Assembly (NCBI GenBank): GCA_965209055.1 | Contig: OZ242374.1 | Span: forward strand, 5,760,001-5,824,000 | Reading direction: 5' to 3' | Length of the DNA stretch: 64,000 nt | Source of the DNA: Acidobacteriota bacterium | GTDB taxonomy: Bacteria > Acidobacteriota > UBA6911 > RPQK01 > JAJDTT01 | Shown: positions 1 to 9,139 of the stretch, piece after piece | Numbering within the stretch: position 1 is the first letter of the stretch | Layout of the letters: each line of letters begins with the position of its first letter | Translations under genes and position numbers: made by a program | Notes under the pieces: generated by a model | Database searches by the model: none | What the model was told of the DNA's origin: nothing | The model's input: the letters and a program-made list of their open reading frames with translations, nothing else

Positions 1-538
1 GAACGGATACGACCTGGCCTCGGAGTACGGTCCCAGCAGACTCGACCGCCGACACCAGGTCCACGTGACGGGCGTGGTCATGCTGCCCGGAGACGTCGAT
101 ATCTCGACCGGAATGTACATCTTCTCAGGCGCGCCGTTCGACGCTCGAATGGGCACCGATTCGAACGAGGACCGGGGCGGCGCCGACCGTCCCTACAGCG
201 CGCCCGGCGTGCCGTTCACCAGAAACGCGTTCCGCGACGTGCCCGTTGCCGACATCAACCTGAGGGTGCAGAAGCGGTTCTCGACCGGCGCGGAACGGCA
301 AGCGGTGGTTTCGCTGGAATTCTTCAACCTCTTCAACCGCGACAATGTCACGCTCCGCCAGGGTTTCTCCACCGTCGCCAACTATTGCGCCAGTTCGCGC
401 GACTTGTCCTGTGGACTGGACGGAAGACCCTCGAACCCCAACTTCGCCCGGACCCGGGGCGAAGACGGCGAGTATCTGACGGGGAACATCCCGGGACCAC
501 CCTTCCAGATGCAGGTCGGCTTTCGGCTGCTGTTCTGA
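1..538 (+). CDS. TonB-dependent receptor (Oar-like), C-terminal part; 5' end is outside the window
   Basis: Frame includes EYGPSRLDRRHQ, DINLRVQKRF, LEFFNLFNRDN and ends PFQMQVGFRLLF (terminal aromatic beta-signal), typical of acidobacterial TonB-dependent receptors. Confidence 0.85.
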   Translation, partial: NGYDLASEYGPSRLDRRHQVHVTGVVMLPGDVDISTGMYIFSGAPFDARMGTDSNEDRGGADRPYSAPGVPFTRNAFRDVPVADINLRVQKRFSTGAERQAVVSLEFFNLFNRDNVTLRQGFSTVANYCASSRDLSCGLDGRPSNPNFARTRGEDGEYLTGNIPGPPFQMQVGFRLLF

Positions 539-795
539 TCAGGCTTTCAATTTGGCTCTTCGGAAACGTTTGGGCAGGAGGGACGCCGGAGCGGCCGGGG
601 CCCTCGCCGTCTCGGAAAAGGTCGCCGGGAGAGTGTGATGGACGCGATCAGCAACGACGGAAGTCTCACGGTCGTCAACGGCAACTGGGGTGGAGTGAGT
701 CTGGCCTCCATACTGGCCGTCCTCGAAAGGGACTTCTGATTCTGCAGAACGGCTGAGTCTCTCTCAGCTCGGACGCAGGAATCGGCAATACCGGG

Positions 796-2268
796 TCAAC
801 CGCTGCCGAACCAGCGGGAACTGACCACCTTCTGCTCGGTGTAGAAGTTCACGCCGTCCCGGCCGTGGGCATGCAGGTCGCCGAAAAAGGAACCTCTCCA
901 CCCGGAGAAGGAGAAAAAGGCGAGAGGCACCGGAACTCCGACGTTGATTCCCACCATCCCCACCTGAACCCGGTTCTGGTATTCCCGGGCCGCCCACCCG
1001 CTCTCGGTGAAGATGGCGGTTCCGTTGCCGAACCGGTTGGCGTTGACCACTTCGATCGCCTCATCCAGGTCCTCGGCCTGGATGACGCAGAGAACAGGTC
1101 CGAAGATCTCGTCCTGGTAGATCTTCATCTTCGGTGAGACGCCGTCGAAGATGCTGGGACCCAGAAAATACCCGGACAGGTCGTCGACTCCGCTGTGACA
1201 GCGGCCGTCCAGAGCGAGTCGGGCTCCCTCATCCAGTCCCGTCTCAATGTATTCCAGCACGCGCTCCCGGTGAGGACCGGAGATCAACGGTCCCAGGTCG
1301 CTTCCGCCGTCCGCGGCCGCGCCCAATTGCAAGCTTTCCGCGCGGGACCTGACCTTCTCCATCAGAGGTTCGTGAACCTCTCCCACCGTCACCACGGCGC
1401 TGATGGCCATGCACCGCTCTCCCGCAGATCCGAATGCGGAACCGATGATGGCGTCGGCCGTCTTGTCCAGATTGCAGTCCGGCATGGCCACCAGGTGATT
1501 CTTGGCGCCGGCCAACGCCTGGACGCGCTTGCCGGCCATGCTGGCCGCCTCATAGACATAGCGGGCCACGGGGGCCGAGCCGACGAAGGAAACGGCACGG
1601 ACGGACACGTTTTCCACCAACGCCTCCACCGCTTCCCGGTCCCCCTGGACGACGTTGAAGACGCCGGGCGGCAGTCCGGCCTCCGCGAACAGCTCCGCCA
1701 GGCGCAACGCGGTGCCCGGCACCTTCTCGGACGGCTTCAGAACGAACGCGTTGCCGCAGGCGATGGCGACGGGATACAGCCACATGGGCACCATGGCGGG
1801 AAAGTTGAAAGGCGTGATCCCGGCGCACACACCCAGCGGCTGCCGGAAACTGGCGCAATCCAGACCTCGGGAGACATTCTCCACCGTCGAGCCCTGGATC
1901 AGGGTGGACATGCCGCAGGCGAACTCCACCACCTCGATACCTCGCCGAACCGACCCTTGCGCTTCCTCCGGGATCTTGCCGTTCTCCCGCGAGACCCATT
2001 CGGCCAGCTCCTCAAGGTTTTCTTCCAGGAGCTGCTTGTAACGGAACAGGATCCGGCAGCGCTCCACCACGGGTGTGTCGCGCCAGCCGGGGAACGCCGC
2101 CGCGGACGAAGCGACCACCTCGTCGACTTCGGCCCTGGAGGCGAAGGGGACATGGGCCAGAAGTTCTCCGGTCCCCGGGTTTCGCAATTCTCCGCACCGG
2201 GATGAGTTCGAGGGTGCCCGAACCCCGTCTACGAACGAATCGACTCGAGGAACATTACGCTGCATCAT
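796..2268 (-). CDS. mmsA: CoA-acylating methylmalonate/malonate-semialdehyde dehydrogenase
   Basis: ALDH motifs GITPFNFPAMVP, LKPSEK, FVGS, AGAKNH, GERCMA (catalytic Cys), EIFGPV, GMVGINV, FFGDLH. Confidence 0.93.
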   Translation of the reverse strand: MMQRNVPRVDSFVDGVRAPSNSSRCGELRNPGTGELLAHVPFASRAEVDEVVASSAAAFPGWRDTPVVERCRILFRYKQLLEENLEELAEWVSRENGKIPEEAQGSVRRGIEVVEFACGMSTLIQGSTVENVSRGLDCASFRQPLGVCAGITPFNFPAMVPMWLYPVAIACGNAFVLKPSEKVPGTALRLAELFAEAGLPPGVFNVVQGDREAVEALVENVSVRAVSFVGSAPVARYVYEAASMAGKRVQALAGAKNHLVAMPDCNLDKTADAIIGSAFGSAGERCMAISAVVTVGEVHEPLMEKVRSRAESLQLGAAADGGSDLGPLISGPHRERVLEYIETGLDEGARLALDGRCHSGVDDLSGYFLGPSIFDGVSPKMKIYQDEIFGPVLCVIQAEDLDEAIEVVNANRFGNGTAIFTESGWAAREYQNRVQVGMVGINVGVPVPLAFFSFSGWRGSFFGDLHAHGRDGVNFYTEQKVVSSRWFGSG

Positions 2269-2352
2269 TCACACCCTTATCCGAGGACGTCTGGAGACGG
2301 TCCGAACGAAACTTGAAAACGATTGCAGGATTTCCGAGAATGAATCCCGCTC

Positions 2353-3303
2353 ATGAGCGCTGCCAGAGAAATCTCGGAAGAACTGGAGATCTTCTCCAAA
2401 TACCTGAAAGAACGGGGTCTACGCATGACCCACCAACGCCGGAAAGTGGTGCAGAGCTTCCTCCGGACCAGCGGCCACGTGAGCATAGATGAGCTACATC
2501 AACTGGTCAAGCAGAGCGATCAGCGGATCGGGGCGGCGACTGTCTTCCGCACGCTCAAGGCCCTGACCGCCTGCGGGCTGGCCCGGGAAGTCGACCTGCA
2601 CGACGGGCGGACGCGCTTCGAGCCTCAGTACAAGAGGCCCCACCACCACCATATGGTGTGCGTCAAATGTCAAGGCACCATCGAGTTCCTGAGTCCCGAA
2701 CTGGAGCAGGTCCAGTCCCGCATCGTCTCCAACTACGGGTTCAATCCGGTCCAGCATCAGCTACAGATCTTCGGAGTTTGTGAAGAGTGCCAGAACAAGG
2801 TCGAGACCCACCTGGATCCGGTGAGATCCGATCTGGTCTTTGCCCGGGACGCTTTGAGGATCGCCATAGCGACCGAAAAACGGGGCGTCAACTTCTACAG
2901 CACCGCCTCCGAGCTGGTGAGCCACGCCTCGACCAAGTCCACGTTTCTCAGAATGCTGGAGGATGAGGAGAGTCATCTGAAGCAGCTTCAGGTGCAATGG
3001 GATCGTCTGGTTGCCGATGACGAAAGGGTGCTGAATGCGCCGGTCTTCCTGGATTTCGACTTCGATACCTTGAAACGGATCTTTCCCGGAAAGGACCAGA
3101 TCAAGGCTCAGCTTCGGGACAACCTGACTGCGGCCGAGGCGTTGAAGATCGCCATGAAGATGGAGAAGGACGCCTACGACTTCTTCCACGACTATGCCGA
3201 CAAGTTCGAGGACACCCAGGGCAAGGAGATCTTCCTGAAGTTCGCCGAAGAGGAGTGGGAGCACTTCACCGAGATCCGCAGGGAATACGAAGCCCTGTCC
3301 TGA
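2353..3303 (+). CDS. Fur/PerR-family regulator fused to a C-terminal ferritin-like (rubrerythrin-type) diiron domain
   Basis: N-terminal GLRMTHQR, ATVFRTL, HHHHMVCVKC...GVCEEC; C-terminal paired EKRGVNFY/EDEESH and EKDAYDFF/EEEWEH. Confidence 0.85.
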   Translation: MSAAREISEELEIFSKYLKERGLRMTHQRRKVVQSFLRTSGHVSIDELHQLVKQSDQRIGAATVFRTLKALTACGLAREVDLHDGRTRFEPQYKRPHHHHMVCVKCQGTIEFLSPELEQVQSRIVSNYGFNPVQHQLQIFGVCEECQNKVETHLDPVRSDLVFARDALRIAIATEKRGVNFYSTASELVSHASTKSTFLRMLEDEESHLKQLQVQWDRLVADDERVLNAPVFLDFDFDTLKRIFPGKDQIKAQLRDNLTAAEALKIAMKMEKDAYDFFHDYADKFEDTQGKEIFLKFAEEEWEHFTEIRREYEALS

Positions 3304-3362
3304 CAAACCCCGGCAGAAGCCGTCACGGCATTCGGCGATCAACCTGAAACGGGTGCTGGCAA

Positions 3363-3935
3363 ATGCAACTCCGGCTGGAGGGTAGTGTCCTGGAACTGGT
3401 CCAGGGGGACATCACCCTCCAGCAGGTGGACGCCATCGTCAACGCCGCCAACCGGCGGCTGGCGGGTGGAGGAGGGGTGGACGGCGCCATTCACCGGCGC
3501 GGCGGGCCCGCCATCATGGAGGAGACCCGCCGCCGGTATCCCGAGGGCTGCCCCACGGGTCAGGCCGTCATCACCGGAGCGGGAGACCTCCCGAGCCGCT
3601 TCGTCATCCACGCCGTGGGACCGGTCTGGAAGGGCGGAAGCCAGGGCGAACCCGCCCTGCTGGCCTCCGCCTACCGCTGCTGCCTGGATGCGGCGGTGAC
3701 CCGCGAGTGCCGCGGCATCGCCTTCCCTTCCCTATCGACCGGAGCGTACCGCTATCCGGTGATCAAGGCCGCCCGGACCGCCGTTTCCGCCGTCATCGAG
3801 TTTCTGGAGGAACGCAGGGCCCCGGAACTGGTCCGATTCGTCCTCTTCGACGAGGCCACGTGGCGCGCATACGCCGCCGCCCTGACCAGCGTCACCGGAT
3901 CTGGAAAGAATAGAGATCCGCGTTCTTCAGGATGA
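3363..3935 (+). CDS. Macrodomain protein (O-acetyl-ADP-ribose deacetylase, YmdB-like)
   Basis: GDIT, DAIVNAAN, GGGGVDGAIH, VIHAVGP, AFPSLSTGAYRYP. Confidence 0.92.
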   Translation: MQLRLEGSVLELVQGDITLQQVDAIVNAANRRLAGGGGVDGAIHRRGGPAIMEETRRRYPEGCPTGQAVITGAGDLPSRFVIHAVGPVWKGGSQGEPALLASAYRCCLDAAVTRECRGIAFPSLSTGAYRYPVIKAARTAVSAVIEFLEERRAPELVRFVLFDEATWRAYAAALTSVTGSGKNRDPRSSG

Positions 3936-5394
3936 AACGGAGCCGCACCGGATGGTCCAGCTCATCCAGACTGCGTCCGCCGTCCCACTGGACCTTCTGG
4001 CCCACTCCGTTTCCCTCGATGGGCCGGCAGGCCTCCCGCTCGAAACCGGCGAGCGGCTTGCCGAACTGAGTGAGAGCCTCGACCCTCAGGGATCCTCCAG
4101 CGGCGTCGACGTTCACCCGGAGCTCGCCTCCCTGGAAGCGGAGGGGCCAGGTGGTCAGGAGGCCTTCTTCCTCTCCGGCGCGGACCGAGACGAATCCATC
4201 CGGCCGCAGACGGGCAAGGCCCAGGGCGTCCCCTTCCAGGATGCGGCCCTTGTATTCGGTTCCGACCAGTGCGAAGAGGTTGCGATGGGGCACACTGGAG
4301 CCCCGGTAGTAGATCCGGATCTCCTCGTCCCTCAAGACGGCGCACTCGGGATAGACCCGCTTGCCTTCCCAGGTTCCCGGGGTCCCCTTGAGAAAGATGT
4401 GACGGTCGCCGACCCGCGTCCACTTCTTGCCGTCCCGGCTGAAGGTGAGCTGGGCGTCCAGCGTGAAGTTGAAACCGTCCATGAATTCGGGGTCGCCCGT
4501 GTATTCGTGATAGACGATCAGCATCCCCACGTACCCGCTCTCATAGGGAAAGACGGGCATGTAGTAGAACTCCGTGCCGGCGCCGTCCCGCTCGTCAGGC
4601 ACCACGACCTCCTTGAGATCGGTCCAAAGGGTGAAGTTGAAACTCTCCGCCAGACCGACTACCCGCGTGGGGTAGGCTTCCGGAGTCCGGATCTTGGACC
4701 AGCGCAGGACGTGACCGGCGTTGGGACGGTGATAGTAGACGTAGCGCTCGCGGCGCTGATCCCAGAAGGGGGTCGAAAGCCCGTCGCCGGCGGGCACGAT
4801 CACCGGATACGGGTGCGACTCCCAGCGATGCCCGTCGGAAGACCAGCCGACACCGATGCCGTAGGTGTCGTATTTCATGAAGGCCATCTTGTACGGGCGC
4901 TCCGGGTCGTGATCGTCATAGAAGACCCTGATCTCGGTGATGTCCTCCGGTATGACCAACAGGTTGTTCTTGCGGCTTCCCTCGAATTCCCGGAGGCCCA
5001 GTTCGGGACGCCGGAATCGAATCCCGTCCGCCGAGGTGGCCAAGCAAAGATAGTTCGTGGATTCGGGCCGGACGTTGTACCAGAGTTTGTAAAGACGCTC
5101 CTTTTCGTCGTAAATCACGTTGGAGTAGAGGATCCGGTTGCCCTCCCAGGGCCGTTCCGCCTTGAAGATCGGATTCTCCGGCGCCTTCCGGGCGACGTGG
5201 ACCCAACGGGCCGCGTTCTCGATCCGGTCGATGAGCCAGTCGTCCAGGAAGAGCTGCCGCTCGGGACCCACCTCCCGGACCGGAGCTTGCCGCTTGATGT
5301 CGTCGAACCCCTGCGCCCGGACCGAAATACAGATCGCCAGCCCCAGCAGGCCCAGAACGATCAACTGCCTCCCGAACTTGAACCGCGTCTTCAT
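3892..5394 (-). CDS. Secreted five-bladed beta-propeller protein, glycoside hydrolase-like
   Basis: Start MKTRFK after GGAGGG RBS; signal peptide; RQLFLDD, LATSADGIRF, FSRDGKKW, GLARLRPDGFVS; the ORF-track extension to 5760 is probably not real. Confidence 0.7.
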   Translation of the reverse strand: MKTRFKFGRQLIVLGLLGLAICISVRAQGFDDIKRQAPVREVGPERQLFLDDWLIDRIENAARWVHVARKAPENPIFKAERPWEGNRILYSNVIYDEKERLYKLWYNVRPESTNYLCLATSADGIRFRRPELGLREFEGSRKNNLLVIPEDITEIRVFYDDHDPERPYKMAFMKYDTYGIGVGWSSDGHRWESHPYPVIVPAGDGLSTPFWDQRRERYVYYHRPNAGHVLRWSKIRTPEAYPTRVVGLAESFNFTLWTDLKEVVVPDERDGAGTEFYYMPVFPYESGYVGMLIVYHEYTGDPEFMDGFNFTLDAQLTFSRDGKKWTRVGDRHIFLKGTPGTWEGKRVYPECAVLRDEEIRIYYRGSSVPHRNLFALVGTEYKGRILEGDALGLARLRPDGFVSVRAGEEEGLLTTWPLRFQGGELRVNVDAAGGSLRVEALTQFGKPLAGFEREACRPIEGNGVGQKVQWDGGRSLDELDHPVRLRFILKNADLYSFQIR

Positions 5395-5553
5395 GGACTT
5401 CCCTCCTGACGTGTCACCCGCTCCCGGTGGCGGCAGTATACCGGTCTGGTGAGAGCTTCGAGAAAACGCCGGTACCGTCTGCGCCGGGTCAGGTCCTCGA
5501 GAAACTTCATCCCGGGCCATCCCGTAGAATGGGTCACAGGGGAGGTGGGAAGA

Positions 5554-5748
5554 GTGTTTTCGGAATGGTATCTCAGTCGACGTTACGCCAAGGGACTTGC
5601 CGAGGGGCGGGCCGAGGGGCGGGCCAGAGAGCGCAAGCGTTGGGAAACCTGGAACCGGGCACGGATGGCCGCCGAGGAACAAGGCAGAGAGTTCACCGAG
5701 CCGCCTCCCGAGCCTTCGGACGATCGTCAGCCCCGAGAGCACGGGTGA
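5554..5748 (+). CDS. Small hypothetical protein with EGRAEGRA repeat
   Basis: GGAGGT RBS before GTG at 5554; KGLAEGRAEGRARERKRWETWN...FTEPPP. Confidence 0.5.
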   Translation: MFSEWYLSRRYAKGLAEGRAEGRARERKRWETWNRARMAAEEQGREFTEPPPEPSDDRQPREHG

Positions 5749-5949
5749 AGGACTCCTCACCAGACCCTGAACCGGGACGCACGCCTGCGGGCCGCCTCTG
5801 GTAGAGGCGGCCCACCTGTGTTTGGCGTCATGACATGCGGCGGGAGGAGTTCCCCCCCATCAGGCCGAATCGTCCCAAGTCATTTAATTGAGGGAAGTGC
5901 CGCATCACCCCCGGCTGTTGCGGACGGACGAGGCTGCTAATCTAAGGCA

Positions 5950-7782
5950 ATGCATGCGAAAGGGTTACTTCTGTCTCTGTCGGGGCCGGAAGAACCGAAC
6001 GGAGGCGCCAACGGGCGCACCGGCGCCGAAGGGGTTCACTGGAACCTGGACGACCTCTATCCCGGCCCCGACGCCCTGGAGAGGGATCTGGAGCGGACGC
6101 AGGACCAAGCGGCCGGTTTCGCCGAGCGGTATCGGGATCGGGTGGGCCGCCTCGACGGCCGTGAGCTGGCTCAGGCCGTCCGCGAGTACGAGGCTTTGCA
6201 GGTCGGTTTGGGACGGGCCGGCTCCTATGCCTACCTGCACTGGTGCACCGATACGCAGGATTCCCGCCGCGGCGCCATCCTGCAGAAGACGCGGGAAGCC
6301 TCGACGCAACTGGTCCGCAAGATCCTCTTCTTCGAACTGGAGTGGCTGCAATTGGACGAGGGGCGGGCGGCCGAGTTGCTTTCCAGCCGGGAGCTGCAAC
6401 CCTTCCGGCACTACCTGGAGGTGGAGCGGCTGCGGGCTCCCCACGTCCTGAGCGAGCCGGAAGAGAAGATCCTGGCGGAAAAGCGGGTGACCGGCAGATC
6501 CGCATGGAATCGCCTCTTCGACCAGATGCACGGTGCCGCCCGCTATACCTGCGGGGATCGCAAGCTGACCCGCGAGGAACTGCTCTCCCGCCTCTATGAC
6601 CCGAACCGGGAGGTGAGGCGGGAATCGGCGTTGGCCTTCAGCCGGGGCCTGGAAGAGCGGGTCAGCGAGATGGCCTTCATCTCCAACACCATGCTGGCCG
6701 ACAAGGCCTCCGACGACCGGCTCAGGAAATTCCCCCACTGGTTGGCCAGCCGGAATCTGGACAACGAGATCAGCGATGACGCCGTCCAGGTCCTGGTGAA
6801 GGCGGTGACCGGACGCTACGACCTGGCGGCCCGCCACTACCGTCTCAAGCAGCGCCTGTTGAACCTGGACACCTCCTGGGACTATGACCGCTACGCCCCC
6901 GTCGGCATGGCCACCGCCCGGTATTCGTGGGCCACCGCCCGTGAAACCGTCCTGGAGGCGTACGGGGCATTCCATCCCTCCATGGAATCCATCGCCGCCC
7001 GTTTCTTCGATGAACGCTGGATTGACGCTCCGCCCAATCCGGGAAAATCGGGGGGCGCCTTCAGTCATCAGACCGTCCCCCCGGTTCACCCCTACGTCAT
7101 GATGAACTACACGGGAAACATTCGCGACGTGCAGGTCCTGGCCCACGAACTGGGGCACGGGGTCCACCAGTACCTCTCCCGAACCCAGGGCTACCTGCAA
7201 TCCCGTCCGCCCCTGACCACTTCGGAGACGGCCTCCGTCTTCGGGGAGATGCTGGTCTTCGATCACCTGCTCCGCAACGAGCCGGAGCCCGGGGTCCGGC
7301 TGTCCATCCTGGTCGGCAACATCGACGACACCATGGCCACCGTCTTCCGGCAGATCGCCCTGCATCGCTTCGAGGAGCGGACGCACAACGCGCGGCGGGA
7401 CGAAGGTGAGCTGTCGGTCGAGCGATTCAATGAACTCTGGATGGAGACTCAGGAAGAGATGTTCCGGGGAAGCGTTCGCCTGGGAGAGCACTACGGCACC
7501 TGGTGGAGCTATATCCCTCATTTCATCCACACCCCCGGGTATGTCTACGCCTATGCTTTCGGCAAGCTGTTGGTCCTGGCCCTGTACGGCCGCTACAAGC
7601 AGGACGCGAACGGATTCGCCGAGGAGTATCTGGGGGTCCTGGAGGCCGGAGGCTCGGACTGGCCGCACGTCATGTTCCAGCCCATGGGCGTGGACCTCAC
7701 CGACCCCGATTTCTGGAATACTGGCCTCTCCATGACCGAGGACATGATCCGGCAGGCGGAAGAACTGAGTGAGTCCAACTGA
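5950..7782 (+). CDS. pepF: Oligoendopeptidase F (M3B family)
   Basis: WNLDDLY, GKSGGAFS, LAHELGHGVH (HExxH), ETASVFGE, IPHF...YVYAYAFG. Confidence 0.92.
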   Translation: MHAKGLLLSLSGPEEPNGGANGRTGAEGVHWNLDDLYPGPDALERDLERTQDQAAGFAERYRDRVGRLDGRELAQAVREYEALQVGLGRAGSYAYLHWCTDTQDSRRGAILQKTREASTQLVRKILFFELEWLQLDEGRAAELLSSRELQPFRHYLEVERLRAPHVLSEPEEKILAEKRVTGRSAWNRLFDQMHGAARYTCGDRKLTREELLSRLYDPNREVRRESALAFSRGLEERVSEMAFISNTMLADKASDDRLRKFPHWLASRNLDNEISDDAVQVLVKAVTGRYDLAARHYRLKQRLLNLDTSWDYDRYAPVGMATARYSWATARETVLEAYGAFHPSMESIAARFFDERWIDAPPNPGKSGGAFSHQTVPPVHPYVMMNYTGNIRDVQVLAHELGHGVHQYLSRTQGYLQSRPPLTTSETASVFGEMLVFDHLLRNEPEPGVRLSILVGNIDDTMATVFRQIALHRFEERTHNARRDEGELSVERFNELWMETQEEMFRGSVRLGEHYGTWWSYIPHFIHTPGYVYAYAFGKLLVLALYGRYKQDANGFAEEYLGVLEAGGSDWPHVMFQPMGVDLTDPDFWNTGLSMTEDMIRQAEELSESN

Positions 7783-9046
7783 AATGTCCGAAACCCCGCA
7801 TCTCCGGCGCAAGGGATTACCGTTCCTCCCGGGAATCGGCTTCATTTTCGTGTTGGCGTTCTGTCTCGGCGGGCTGCGGGCCGGCGACTGGCCCCAGTTT
7901 CTGGGACCGACTCGAGACGGCGTCTATGCCGGGAAGGACCTGGCCCGCCAGTGGCCCGCTTCGGGACCACGCGTGCTCTGGAAGCGGGAGGCCGGACAAG
8001 GGTTCGCCAACCCCATCGTGGCGGGCGGCACCCTGATCCTCTTTCACCGGGTGGACGGCCGGGACGTCGTGGATGCCTTGGGAGCGGACGACGGCCGGGA
8101 GTTGTGGACCTTCTCCTACCCGACCGACTACCGGGACGACTTCGGCTTCGACGAGGGGCCCCGGGCCAGTCCGGCGGCGGACGGCGACCGGATCTACACC
8201 TTCGGCGCTCAGGGAATCCTCCAATGCCTGGGCCTGGGTTCGGGCAACCGCATCTGGCAGGTGGACACCCGGGCCCAATTCCGACCGCGCAAGGGCTTCT
8301 TCGGCGCAGCCTGTTCCCCACTGGTCCGGGACGGGGCCGTTTTCGTCCATGTGGGCGCCCAAGGCGCCGGCGTCGTGGCGTTCGACGCCGACACGGGACG
8401 GACCCTCTGGAAGGCCACCGACGACGAGGCGGGCTACTCCTCTCCGGTGCACGCCTCCATCGGGGGCAGGCCGTGGATCGTCTCCTTCACCCGAAACGGC
8501 GTGGTCTCCATCGACCCGGCCAACGGAAGAGTCGGCTTCCGAGTGCGCTGGCGGTCGCGAAGCCGGGCTTCGGTCAACGCGGCCGTTCCCCTCATCGTCG
8601 GCGACCGGATCTTCGTATCGGCCAGCTACAGCACCGGCGCCCTGCTGCTGGATGCCGCCGGAGAGTCGCCCGAAAAGATCTGGACTTCCAACGACGCCCT
8701 CAGCAACCACTATGCCACCAGCGTCTACCGGGACGGCTATCTCTACGGTTTTCACGGCCGCCAGGAATACGGTCCCAGCCTGCGTTGCGTCGAGTGGGAA
8801 ACGGGATGGGTCAAGTGGAATCAGGGCGGATTGCGTGCCGGGACCGTCACCCTGGCCGGCGACCGGCTTTTGGTCCTGACCGAGCGGGGTGAATTGATCC
8901 TGGCCGCGGCCGATCCCGAGGAATTCCGGGTGATCTCGCGCGCCAACGTTCTGGAGGGCACGGTGCGTGCCTATCCGGCCCTGGCCCGGGGCCGCCTCTA
9001 TGCCCGAAACGAGACGGCGCTGGTCTGTGTCGACTTGAGAAAATGA
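7769..9046 (+). CDS. PQQ-binding-like beta-propeller repeat protein (BamB-like), exported
   Basis: Signal peptide, then DWPQFLGP, repeated GxxxW blades, GYSSP, AYPALARGRLYAR. Confidence 0.85.
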   Translation: MSPTEMSETPHLRRKGLPFLPGIGFIFVLAFCLGGLRAGDWPQFLGPTRDGVYAGKDLARQWPASGPRVLWKREAGQGFANPIVAGGTLILFHRVDGRDVVDALGADDGRELWTFSYPTDYRDDFGFDEGPRASPAADGDRIYTFGAQGILQCLGLGSGNRIWQVDTRAQFRPRKGFFGAACSPLVRDGAVFVHVGAQGAGVVAFDADTGRTLWKATDDEAGYSSPVHASIGGRPWIVSFTRNGVVSIDPANGRVGFRVRWRSRSRASVNAAVPLIVGDRIFVSASYSTGALLLDAAGESPEKIWTSNDALSNHYATSVYRDGYLYGFHGRQEYGPSLRCVEWETGWVKWNQGGLRAGTVTLAGDRLLVLTERGELILAAADPEEFRVISRANVLEGTVRAYPALARGRLYARNETALVCVDLRK

Positions 9047-9139
9047 GATGGAACGACGACGCCCGGCTGGAATGCGGGCGGCGGAAAGAGTAGCCTGGAA
9101 TGACCTGCTTTCGACACGACCCAATGGGAGGATAAGACA

